Source of the DNA: Macrostomum lignano
Taxonomy: Eukaryota
DNA length: 64,000 nucleotides
Direction: 5' to 3'
Assembly: GCA_002269645.1 (NCBI GenBank)
Contig: NIVC01002959.1
Location: forward strand, 62,001 to 126,000
Shown: piece after piece, positions 21,623-33,857 of the stretch
How the letters are laid out: the number at the start of each line of letters is the position of its first letter
Numbering within the stretch: the stretch's first letter is position 1
Notes under the pieces: generated by a model
Database searches by the model: none
Seen by the model: the letters and a program-made list of their open reading frames with translations, nothing else
Told to the model about the DNA's origin: nothing
Made by a program: the position numbers and the translations under genes

Positions 21623-22094
21623 GCTCTCTGAGTCAACCAGAGAGCTGGGCTGCTCTCTACTCAATGCCTTCTACTCAATACAATGGTGGAATTATTCTGC
21701 GAAACAAATTGCCGGGTTGCAAATGAATTCTAAGAAAATTCGAATTCAAATTCCTAGAAAAGCGAATAATGATTGCCTCACAGCGAATGTCAGGGGGGGG
21801 GGTGGGTTATCTCCTGGTTCGATCAACTCCCGCGAGGCTCTTAGAGGTTTTGCTGTTGGGGAAGGGGAGGAATTCTTATCTAGAAAATTTTATCTCCTTG
21901 CTGACACAAACTGAATCGAAAGCTAAAATTGCCTATTAATTCCCTCCCAGCCCAGATGAAGGCGGAGGCGTGATGCAGATGGCGGGAGCTGGGCCGCGGC
22001 TGAGGCTTGAGCTCGGGGCAACAATTTGCACCCAGCTGCTGTTCTGTTGAGTAACTGGGAAATTGGGATGGGAGCTGAGGACTGAGGCAGAGGG

Positions 22095-23117
22095 GGAGAG
22101 AAAAGAGAGATAATAGGAGGACAGAGGAGAGACGAAAGAGAAGAAATGAGAGACAAGAGATGATAGACGAGAGACGAGAGATGAGAGATGAGAGATGAGA
22201 GATGAGAGAGGAGAGGAGAGAAGAGAGAGAAAAGAGAAGAGAGGAGAGAGGAGAGAGTAGAGAGGGGAGAGGAGAGAGAAGAGAGAAGAGAGAAGAGATG
22301 AGAGACGAGAGATGAGCGATGAGAGAGGAGAGGAGAGAGAAGAGGAGATGAGAGACGAGAGATGAGAGACAAGAGACGGGAGATGAGAGACAAAAGCCGA
22401 AAGATGAAAGACGAGCGATTAGAGAGGAGAGAGAAGAGAAGAGTAGAAAGGAGAGAGGAGAGAGGAGAGAGGAGAGATGAGACACAAGAGACGAAAGATG
22501 CAAGACGAGAGATGAGAGATGAGAGAGGAGATGAGAGATGAGAGATGAGAGATGAGAGAGGAGAGGAGAGAGGAGAGAGGAGAGAGGAGAGAGGAGAGAG
22601 GAGAGAGGAGAGAGGAGAGAGGAGAGAGGAGAGAGGAGAGATGAGAGACAAGAGATGAAAGATGCAAGACGAGAGATGAGAGAGGAGATGAGAGATGAGA
22701 GATGAGAGAGGAGAAAGGAGAGAGGAGAGAGGAGAGAGGAGAGAGGAGAGAGGAGAGATGAGAGACAAGAGATGAAAGATGCAAGACGAGAGATGAGAGA
22801 GGAGATGAGAGATGAGAGATGAGAGAGGAGAAAGGAGAGAGGAGAGAGGAGAGAGGAGAGAGGAGAGAGGAGAGAGGAGAGAGGAGAGAGGAGAGAGGAG
22901 AGAGGAGAGAGGAGAGAGGAGAGAGGAGAGAGGGGAGAGGAGAGAGGAGAGAGGAGAGAGAGAGAGAGAGAGAGGAGAGAGGAGAGAGGAGAGAGGAGAA
23001 AGGAGAGAGGAGAGAGGAGAGAGGAGAGAGGAGAGAGGAGAGAGGAGAGAGGAGAGAGGAGAGAGGAGAGAGGAGAGAGGAGAGAGAGAGAGGAGAGAGA
23101 GAGAGGAGAGAGGAGAG
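22095..23117. repeat. GA-rich low-complexity tract, mainly (GAGAGGA)n and (GAGAT)n
   Basis: Almost purine-only strand with 5- and 7-bp periodicity. Confidence 0.93.
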
Positions 23118-23723
23118 TGTTAGAGAGCCAAATAAAGTATATTAGCAGATGGATTGCAAGGAACGCTCAGCAGAGAGGAGGCGAGATTCACAAAACCATG
23201 CAGAGCCGGCAGGCACAGACGGAGGGCGAGAGAGTCGCAGAATGGCGCTGGAAAAGGACACACTCGCGCGCACAGAAATGGCTGACCCTCAATTCATCCT
23301 TCAACACAGATGGCCGCAGATCTCTTGACATTGCAGAAGAGAACGCAGACACAGCAGAGTGAAGGAGAGGAAAACGAACGCCACTGCAGACAGAGGGTGA
23401 CCTCAAGGCTATTGAACCCTGAAGCTGCTCCCCGGAAGCAGCTCCCAGCCTCCGTTGCTTTCCGTCAGTGAAAGGAGTTTAGGCGATTGGGTAACTTTTC
23501 CCTGTTTTCCTGCTGACTGCGGCTGCTCAGTCTGATGGATGGCCGGAGCCGGATGTTTTCAGAGGCTCACGGGGCAGCGGCTTCAGATTTCTGAGTGAGA
23601 TGACAAGCAATTGATTGGCGTGGAATTTCAGGATTGCTTAAATAATGGGATTGAAGCTTTATACGCTTGTTATTGTTCAAGATTGCATAATGCATATTTC
23701 TATTATAAATCTTTTCATAGAAT

Positions 23724-24212
<489 letters not shown>

Positions 24213-25230
24213 TAGGTGAAGTTCGATCAACCGAGCGGCATCTCACAGCCCCAATTGGACAAACAAAGCCCCATCGCTACGCTAAATTTGAAAGCTTCCC
24301 AACGGAGCTGGTAGAATTTTCCTATTCACGGTCGGCCTCAAATTGAGCTGTCAAACATCATCAGGCAGCGGGAGGCGGAGCCGTCCCCCGCAGGATCGGG
24401 GAATCAGATTTTTGGCCCGTCAGCGGGCGGCACGCAGCATCCTTGATTAGCTTTTCGCCACGCGCCTCATCGTGCTGCGGGCGGACGTCACCCCGACCAG
24501 CTGTTGAGTTTCCGTCATGTTTGCCGGCTCCAGCTGCCTGCTTAGAGTCTGGGGGCTGGGGAGGGGGCGATGAGGTTCTATGAAATCCTGAGATTCCCCG
24601 CTAAATATAAAGGATTGTCTTACTGCCCTAAGATAGCTCCAGACTCCACGCTGTCCTGATGTTGACTGACAGGATCTGCGCTCTGGCTGCTTTGTTTGCC
24701 AGAACTTTGATTTGCTTTTTTACATGGTGGGTGGGCGCGGAGGGTGGCGAATGAGAGTTAGAGGGTGAGAGTGACTGCCTGATAATATTTTCTATTCTCT
24801 TTCTACTATTATTATTATATTTTATTGCAAAAGTTCGTGACTAAGTCTGTCCCTGGCTGTGACATTGTGGATGCTCTTCAGGGGGCTTCATGTTCTAGCA
24901 GGGTCTGTGTCTTTTCACAACTCTCTTCTTCTCTTCTCCTCTTCTCTTCTCCTCTAATCTTTTCTCTCATCTCCTCATCTCCTCTTTGCTCTTCTCTCTG
25001 CTCTATTCCTTCTACTTATGCTTCTAATTCGTAATACCTCTCTTATCTCTTGCATCTTATCTTATCTTATCTCATATCTTATTCTTGACGAGTAGTTACG
25101 TTGCATTCGTATTGTACAAAAGTGGTGGGACAAACATTTTGGAATAGCCACCGCAATCTTTGTACAAGTCTTTGTTCACTTTCGTTATTCGAACATGCTC
25201 GGGATGTATAAAGCGTAGTTGAATCTATAC

Positions 25231-25544
25231 GGGTCGTAGACTAGCGGTCTGGCGCGGCGCTTTGCTCCTAAGAGTATGTACCAGTGGCCCAGGCTCGATT
25301 CCAAGTGCAGTCACATTAATTTGAGGCTAAATTGGAATCTCGGCTTGGCTCTGCTCGTGCAATTAGTACCCTTGAGGGCCAACCCCCAAGGTACAGTGAA
25401 GAAGTGTACATGCCTAACAATATAGTTAGGGCAGCTGTACACTCCTGTGGAAATATGTGCCTGCTCAGGGGAGTCGGCGGAATGGCCAGTAATGCCTCTC
25501 GCCAGTTGTGTGACAATGTCGCTTAAAGTGCACCAGGGTGCACA
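25231..25544 (+). mobile_element. tRNA-derived SINE, copy 1
   Basis: A-box-like GTAGACTAGCGGT and B-box-like GGCTCGATTCC head. Body is the reverse complement of 55590-55925. Ends AAAGTGCACCAGGGTGCACA. Confidence 0.7.
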
Positions 25545-26454
25545 TAGCGATCCTGAAATTTTGTATAGCTGTTCTCATGCCCTACGATAGTGAGCACTTC
25601 TCAAGGTGATTATTCTGTCCCTTTCTGACACCTGCCGCGCAATCGCTGTCTCAGAAGCTGTCACTTGAGTTCACTCTTCAAATCAGACCTATAGAAAATC
25701 GAAGAGGTGAAAGTTAATTAATTAATTTCCACTATTTGGTTCTTGAACTCTGCTCAACTTTCGCACCTCTGCATGAAGCGACGTGCGCTCATGCGCAAAG
25801 CCGAGAAACGTGCCCGAAGAAAATCGAGCAAAAAACAGCCACCAGGAATGTTTGGGGGAAACTGGGACAGCGAAAGGAATTAAAAATTATCCCACATTCG
25901 CTCCTCTCACGATGGTGTCTCCAGAGTTCTGAGTCCAGACTCTGGGGTGAAAACTTCCCCGCCCTTTGGCTGGTGTCCGGGAATTAGGGATGCGATTTCG
26001 TCTTTTCAACAATATCTTTCACTTTGCAAGGCATTTGGGAGATGAATTCCAGTGTGTGTGTCTGTGTGTGTTGGGTTTTTTTGTTGCCCCTCTTTTGTAG
26101 CGACTAGTCGGAAGGCCCAGCCAAACTCCGGGCAATTTGGCCTCATCAGACACGACTTGGGACGCGTTCGAAGTGAGAATCCTCAATGCAATTCGGCCTT
26201 CGCTACATGTGGCGGAGTTTTGAGCTGCTGCTACTCCTGCTGCGTGTTTTGCTGGGCTTCGACAGCAAAGTTATGGCTATTAAATTTCCTTAATTAAAAA
26301 TTTCGTAATAAGATACAGCGGGGAAAGTGTGGCTCCGGCCAGGCCAGGAAGTGCAACATTGGGCCCGAGGCTTAAACCAGCTGGAAATTGAGACACTTTT
26401 TTGTGGCAGGCGCTTTGCCTATTCAGTATTGTCGAATTACATTTGGCCTGTCTT

Positions 26455-26900
26455 GGTGTCTGTCTCAGTGTTTGTCTCAATGTCTGTCTTAGTGTCTGTC
26501 TCAGTGTCTGTCTCAGTGTCTGTCTCAGTGTTTCTGTCTCAGTGTCTCTGTCTCAGTGTCTCAGTGTCTGTATCAGTGTCTGTCTCAGTGTCTGTCTCAG
26601 TGTCTGTCTCAGTGTCTGTCTCAGTGTCTGTCTCAGTGTCTGTCTCAGTGTCTGTCTCAGTGTCTGTCTCAGTGTCTGTCCCAGTGTCTGTCTCAGTGTC
26701 TGTCTCAGTGTCTGTCTCAGTGTCTGTCTCAGTGTCTGTCTTAGTGTCTGTCTTAGTGTCTGTCTCAGTGTCTGTCTCAGTGTCTGTCTCAGTGTCTGTC
26801 TCAGTGTCTGTCTCAGTGTCTGTCTCAGTGTCTGTCTCAGTGTCTGTCTCAGTGTCTGTCTCAGTGTCTGTCTCAGTGTCTGTCTCAGTGTCTGTCTCAG
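26455..26900. repeat. 12-bp minisatellite (TCTGTCTCAGTG)n
   Basis: Reverse complement of the unit at 48913-49773. Confidence 0.95.
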
Positions 26901-28633
26901 TTCATCTCAGCGAAGCGTGCCCAAGTTATGCTACGAGAGCCCATGCAGTTCGTGTCCAGCAGGCAGCCGCTCAGGATCGCCTGTCGAGCCCCAAAAACTC
27001 CCCAGCCCACGCCAATATCCCTCCAAATCCTCTAAAAAGATGAATTCCCACCCTGCTTGAGTCGGTGCGGGCAGCTCAGGCAGACAGAATAGATTGGGGG
27101 ACTTTTTCCCTCCTATCCCCATGTGCTCTCCTCGTCTCCCCTGCAGTTTCTCTGCCAGTCCGTTGGGGGCGCGAAGTCGCGGAGACACCAGAAGATTCTC
27201 CGGATCCACAGTAGGGGATCTTATTCCCTCTCTCTCTCTCTTTCTCATTTTCTCCGCCGGCGTTCCGCCGACAGGCCGAGTCCCAAGTCCGTCTGATTGA
27301 TTTGGGAATTAGGACCTCGGAGTTTCATCAGAGCTCGCGGTCCGTCGGCCCCTTGGAGTCGGGACGCGTGCTCGGTGTGGGAGTGTGGGATAAATCCCGT
27401 TAGAAAACTTCTCTCTCTCTCAGCCTGCTCATTTTTCTTCTGCTTCTACAGCCAAATGAATGAAGGCGGCGAGCCGAGAGCCGTCCCCCCTCTCAAATGA
27501 GCTTATTAAACAGTAGCGCCAGACTCGCACAAGTCCGAGGTGTTGAGGCTCGGAAGGATGAGTCGAATTTTCAGTGCCAAGGCGCGGACCGCTTGATTGG
27601 TCTTCAGTCTTCATCAGTCTTCATCAGTCAGTCAGTCAGTCAGCCATGCTCTGTAGTGTTTTTTTGTCTCCTGGATTTTCACACCAACTCAAAGCAGTAA
27701 AAATGGCTATAGCTGGTATAGTAAAGTCGCTACTAATTCCCTGATGAGTTAGTTTATTTTCTAAAGCCTGTACTGCCCCCTGGAAGACGCTGTCCAGTGA
27801 GCGGCCGCGTGTTGTCTTTCGGGGGAACTGGAATTTGCATTTAATTTCGGCTACAGTTTGTTTTAATTAAACCCGTTGATCACTTTGTAGTGCGAGAAGG
27901 GTTGGGGAAGGAGTTTTAGGATGGCCAATGACAGTCGTTCTCTTACCTGCCCTCTGACACTGTCGCAGCTCAGAGCAACCGCATGGTTGCCAGTCTCTTT
28001 AAGTCTTCTTTCTTTTTTAATCTTCTTCTTCCAGGAGCCAGCAGCCAAGAAGCAAGCGGCAGGACACGCGTTGCGAAGCCCGGCCTAGAGACCGACGAGA
28101 GTTGCCAACATCAAGACGGGAGCGCGGCGTCTCTTTATATCCGTTCGCCTCCCGGAATCTCCTCGCCGCTCATCTCCTCCTCCTCCTCCACCCCCCCCTC
28201 GCTTCCCAGCCGGCAGTCTCAGCCGGAGAGTCACTATTCAATTATGGCCCGTTCATTTATATGTTAAACACTGCTTGATGGAGTTATGGAGATGCACGCC
28301 CAGCCAGCGGCCGCAACCCCGAACGCTCTTAGACCGGCCCCAGATCGCGGGTAGCCAGGGATTATCAAAATTTGCATAAACTTTGCATATCAACAGCTTT
28401 CTGGGACTGGAGCGAAGGGTCGGCCCAGACGCCTGGGCTCCTTTTGGTGCAGTGTCCAATCCTCTGTGGTCTTTCGCGGGGGGCGCCAAGGACTCTTTTC
28501 CGTACGATGGTGAAGCATGCTACGTCGGTTGAAGCTGACGGTCTGACAGGGGATCGTTTTTAGCTGACTGCTTGCTGCTGGTGTACAGAAGTGGTGGTCA
28601 CAGTCTGCGTCGCAACAAGGTCAAAAATTGCGT

Positions 28634-29285
28634 GCCACTATCCGGGTGTCAATAATGTCGTGCCACTTTTCGGGTGTCATTAATGTCGTGCCACTTTTCG
28701 GTTGTCATTAATGTCGTGCCACTTTTCGAGCGTCATTAATGTCGTGCCACTTTTCGGTTGTCATTAATGTCGTGCCACTTTTCGAGCGTCATTAATGTCG
28801 TGCCACTTTTCGAGCGTCATTAATGTCGTGCCACTTTTCGGGTGTCATTAATGTCGTGCCACTTTTCGAGCGTCATTAATGTCGTGCCACTTTTCGAGCG
28901 TCATTAATGTCGTGCCACTTTTCGAGCGTCATTAATGTCGTGCCACTTTTCGGGTGTCATTAATGTCGTGCCACTTTTCGAGCGTCATTAATGTCGTGCC
29001 ACTTTTCGAGCGTCATTAATGTCGTGCCACTTTTCGAGCGTCATTAATGTCGTGCCACTTCTCGAGCGTCATTAATGTCGTGCCACTTTTCGGTTGTCAT
29101 TAATGTCGTGCCACTTTTCGGTTGTCAATAATGGCGAGCCACTTTTCAGTTGTCAATAATGGCATGCCACTTTTCGGGTGTCAATAATGGCATGCCACTT
29201 TTCGGGTGTCAATAATGGCGTGCCACTTTTCGGGTGTCAATAATGGCGTGCCACTTTTCGGGTGTCAATGATGGCGTGCCACTTT
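28634..29285. repeat. 28-bp minisatellite (TAATGTCGTGCCACTTTTCGGGTGTCAT)n
   Basis: About 23 tandem units with interspersed variants. Confidence 0.94.
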
Positions 29286-29730
29286 CCAGATTTCGAGTTG
29301 GGCTACACAGATGTCACGAAGAAGATTCCATTATGAGATTTTTACCCCTACAGTGCACGAATGCCTGAGGTCTTGTCTGATCCTCAGCTGATTGTCTCGG
29401 GCAAACACCGGACCCTTGTCATGCTTTGAATGACTTCAACATTTTCAAAAGGCGCGGTTCTCTTTCCGTACAAAGATTTCTTATCAAATTTGACTGGTGG
29501 ATCTGCTTCCTGCCCGCTCCAGTCCCCGTAATCCGCTCTTGCCTTTCCTGTTCCGCTAATCCCTAATCTCCCAGGAGGATCCGGAGTCTCTTCCCCAATT
29601 ATTAATGCTCTATCACGTTCCGCTCCACTGTTGAGCCGCCGCTGCTTCCTCTTGAGTTGACTTTCTGAGAAAGCTGAAGTTGGGATTTGAAATGAGAGTT
29701 GAGTGAATAAGCTTTTCTGCAGTAATTCTT

Positions 29731-30185
29731 CACCTGTGTCAGCTATCTACCTGTGTCAGTTATCCACCTGTGTCAGTAATCCACCTGTGTCAGTTATCCA
29801 CCTGTGTCAGTTATCCGCCTGTGTCAGTTATCCACCTGTGTCAGTTATCCGCCTGTGTCAGTTATCCACCTGTGTCAGTTATCCACCTGTGTCAGTTATC
29901 CACCTGTGTCAGTTATCCGCCTGTGTCAGTTATCCACCTGTGTCAGTTATCCACCTGTGTCAGTTATCCGCCTGTGTCAGTTATCCGCCTGTGTCAGTTA
30001 TCCACCTGTGTCAGTTATCCGCCTGTGTCAGTTATCCACCTGTGTCAGTTATCCGCCTGTGTCAGTTATCCACCTGTGTCAGTTATCCGCCTGTGTCAGT
30101 TATCCACCTGTGTCAGTTATCCACCTGTGTCAGTTATCCGCCTGTGTCAGTTATCCGCCTGTGTCAGTTATCCGCCTGTGTCAGA
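29731..30185. repeat. 17-bp minisatellite (CCTGTGTCAGTTATCCA)n
   Basis: Read directly. Confidence 0.94.
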
Positions 30186-30560
30186 TTACAACACCCTTGA
30201 GTCAGATTCCACCACCCCTGAGTCAGATTCCAACACCCCTGAGTCAGATTCCATTACCCCTGAGTCAGATTCCAACACCCCTGAGTCAGATTCCAACACC
30301 CCTGAGTCAGATTCCAACACCCCTGAGTCAGATTCCAATACCCCTGAGTCAAATTCCAACACCCCTGAGTCAAATTCCAATACCCCTGAGTCAAATTCCA
30401 ACACCCCTGAGTCAAATTCCAACACCCCTGAGTCAAATTCCAATACCCCTGAGTCAGATTCGAACACCCCTAAGTCAGATTCCAACACCCCTGAGTCAAA
30501 TTCCAACACCCCTGAGTCAGATGCCACCACCCCCAAGTCAGATTCCAATAACTCAGATGA
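30186..30560. repeat. 21-bp minisatellite (GAGTCAGATTCCAACACCCCT)n
   Basis: Abuts the 17-bp array. Confidence 0.92.
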
Positions 30561-32321
30561 GTCACACTGCCCCCTCAATAGCGCTGAGCAATGTCCGGCC
30601 TAACAACTTCACATCCGAGGAAATCAATAACTTGGCAGCTGAGAATTCGAATCGAAGCAATTTGCAGGCCTCTGTGTTGCTCCTACAAGACTTAGCTAGC
30701 AGAGTCAACAGGGCATAGTCAAACAAACTCAAGAGACTGGGGAGATCAATGCTGCTAGAGGAGTCCCTGTGAGCATGCAGCTCCCGTTAGTCTGTATGCA
30801 AATAGTCCAGCTCATCATATAGCCGTGAAGATTTGCCGTCATGCAAAGAACTTTCCCGACGGCCACCCACCAGAAGCGGCAGACAAGACAGGCTGACACG
30901 CAATGCGCCACTCGCCTGCTGGAGCCACTCTGCTCTGCAGCAGAGGAGGACTTTCGCAGACCCCTCACTGTCCGCTCTGCTCTCCTTTCTCTCTCATTAT
31001 TATTCTAATGCCTCTTCCATATTCATGACGGCCCAGGGAATATTGGTGAATATTCAAAAGCCTTCAGCTGCTGGCGCCCCTCCTGATGCGCTCAGCTCAG
31101 CTCTCAGTGCGAGCGTGTGTCTGTGTGTGTGTGTCCTTCGCTCATTTCAAATTCATATGAGGCTCCGCAGTCCGAGGCGCCACCTACCGTATATAAATAA
31201 AGCCAGCGAGCTCAACGAGCGTCCAGTCTCTGCAGTGGCTCGGTGGAAGCGGGTGAGCTTCTCGAGTCAAAGGAGTCCTGACCATGCCAAGGCTGCAACC
31301 GCATCAAGGTGAGTTCCTACCTGTGCATCTTCATCATGCTTCTTCTTCTGCTTTTTTGTTTCGCTTTGCTGCGTAGTTTGCTTTTGCAGTTTGTTTTGTT
31401 AAAATAGAATCCAGGTCACCCGGGGGCTCAGCTCTATTGGCATTTTCACTTTTGCAGCCCTTATGCAGCGAAAAGGTACTAGAAAAAAGCGTGCTTTGAT
31501 TTATTGATAGCCAGCCAGACCGCACGAAATTAACAAACGAAAACTGAAAGCTCTCCGGTGCACTAAAGATTATTAATGTGTTTAGGCAATCAAGTCCTTG
31601 GTGTCTGCCTTGTGGCAGCATTGTAAAATGCTAATCGGGTTTTGCAACGGACTCGAACTTCGATATCAGGCTTGGTGGGGTAGATTCGAGAGCTTGAGTA
31701 AGAGGGGACCGACTGTCTTCAAATCAGACCAGTGATAGTTAAAGAAATCCCAGGTTAATACCTGTCTGAGGGCCGAACCCCCCCCTCCCCTAGCAACCGG
31801 GCATCATTAAACTATTCGGTGCAGCTAAGTCTCTCTCAAACCTTAATCTCCCTTCAAGTTGTCGACTCGAAGCTCTTGGCTGACTTCTCATCAGCTCCAA
31901 GCCCCTCCCCCCCGGCAACCATCAGACTCTTTTCATATGCATTGTTGAACTCAAGGCCAGCTAAGTAAGGATACGGATGAAGGCCCGGAGGCTGGGAACT
32001 ATCTTCGGCATCGATCTGAGTCGATCTTTGATGAGCAGCTTGCTGCTCCTGCCGCGGAGGAGGGGGGTTGGGGAGCGGGGTGGCTCTGCTGACTGCCTCC
32101 CTGATGACTAGCCAATTTTTGACGAGTTCCAAACCCCCCCCCGCTGCAACTGCCAGCCATCCAGATAGATTGCTCCGAGAGCTTCAGATCCTGCCTGAGT
32201 CCCATTCGGTTCACTGACTGCTCATCTGCCCCCTGCCCCTCTGCTCATTCTGTGTGGGCCTCGATTCTGCTTAATACCTGCCTTGAATCTCACTTTGCCA
32301 TTCTCTCTCTTGTCTACTCTT

Positions 32322-33245
32322 CAGTCTCTGTCTACTTCTCAGTCCCTGTCTACTTCTCAGTTCCTGTCTACTTCTCAGTTCCTGTCTACTTCTCAGTTCC
32401 TGTCTACTTCTCAGTTCCTGTCTACTTCTCAGTTCCTGTCTACTTCTCAGTCCCTGTCTACTTCTCAGTCTCTGTCTACTTCTCAGCCCCTGTCTACTTC
32501 TCAGTTCCTGTCTACTTCTCAGTTCCTGTCTACTTTTCAGTCCTTGTCTACTTCTCAGTTCCTGTCTACTTCTCAGTTCCTGTCTACTTCTCAGTCCCTG
32601 TCTACTTCTCAGTCCCTGTCTACTTCTCAGTCCCTGTCTACTTCTCAGTTCCTGTCTACTTCTCAGTCCCTGTCTACTTCTCAGTTCCTGTCTACTTTTC
32701 AGCCCCTGTCTACTTCTCAGTCCCTGTCTACTTCTCAGTCCCTTTCCACTTCTCAGCCTCTGACTAATTCTCTGTTCCTGTCTACTTTTCTGTTCCTGTC
32801 TACTTCTCAGTCCCTGTCTACTTCTCAGTCCCTGTCCACATTTTTGTCTCAGTCCCTGCCTACTTCTCAGTCCCTGTCTACTTCTCAGTTCCTGTCTACT
32901 TCTCAGTCCCTGTCTACTTCCCAGTCCCTGTCTACTTCTCAGTTCCAGTCTACTTTTCAGTCCTTGTCTACTTCTCAGTCCCTGTCTACTTCTCAGTTCC
33001 TGTCTACTTTTCAGTTCCTGTCTACTTCTCAGTCCCTGTCAACTTCTCAGTCCCTGTCTACTTCTCAGTTCCTGTCTACTTCTCAGTTCCTGTCTACTTC
33101 TCAGTCCCTGTCTACTTCTCAGTTCCTGTCTACTTCTCAGTCCCTGTCTACTTCTCAGTTCCTGTCTACTTCTCAGTTCCTGTCTACTTCTCAGTTCCTG
33201 TCTACTTCTCAGTCCCTGTCCACATTTTTGTCTCAGTTCCTGTCT
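32322..33245. repeat. 18-bp minisatellite (TCTACTTCTCAGTTCCTG)n
   Basis: Read directly. Confidence 0.94.
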
Positions 33246-33857
33246 ACCTCTCCATTTGGCTGTCTATCCAGTCTACCTCTCTTATATTTCTGTGTACCGC
33301 AGTCTACTTCTCTTCTAATCAAGTACAAAAAATGTGTCAAGTTTTTTATAATTTTTAAAGTAATTTTAAGAGCAAAAATCACTCTAGGGTACTTGCTTTC
33401 ACTAAGAGTAGCATCTAAAGCATATAACATCCTCAAAATGTAGGCTTGAATCCGTTTAAAAAGGGAACATGCTTAATCTCGGTTTTTTATATCCTGTCTT
33501 TTGCATTCATAATTCTCTACTGAAATAAGTAGTGCAGTGCACATTTTCAATAAAATTATACTAAAATCAGCAAATAAGAGTACCGAATGACGAAATAGAA
33601 AAAGCACTTTTTCCTTGCATGGATGTTTTTCAAACTATTATTGAGCTTGCATGGCATCAAAGGCAACAAATAAGTAAAAAATATAATTTTGGTTCTTCTA
33701 TCAGAGCGTGGGAAAGCCTTCGATACAGTATGCTATCAGCTGCGTGCGAGCTATGGGCTGGTTGGTAATAAGTATGTAATCACTTGCGCAATGTTTTCTC
33801 ATCTCGGAAAATATTTAAGTATTTATTTATGAATCAAAATTCATTTCTTGGAATCCC

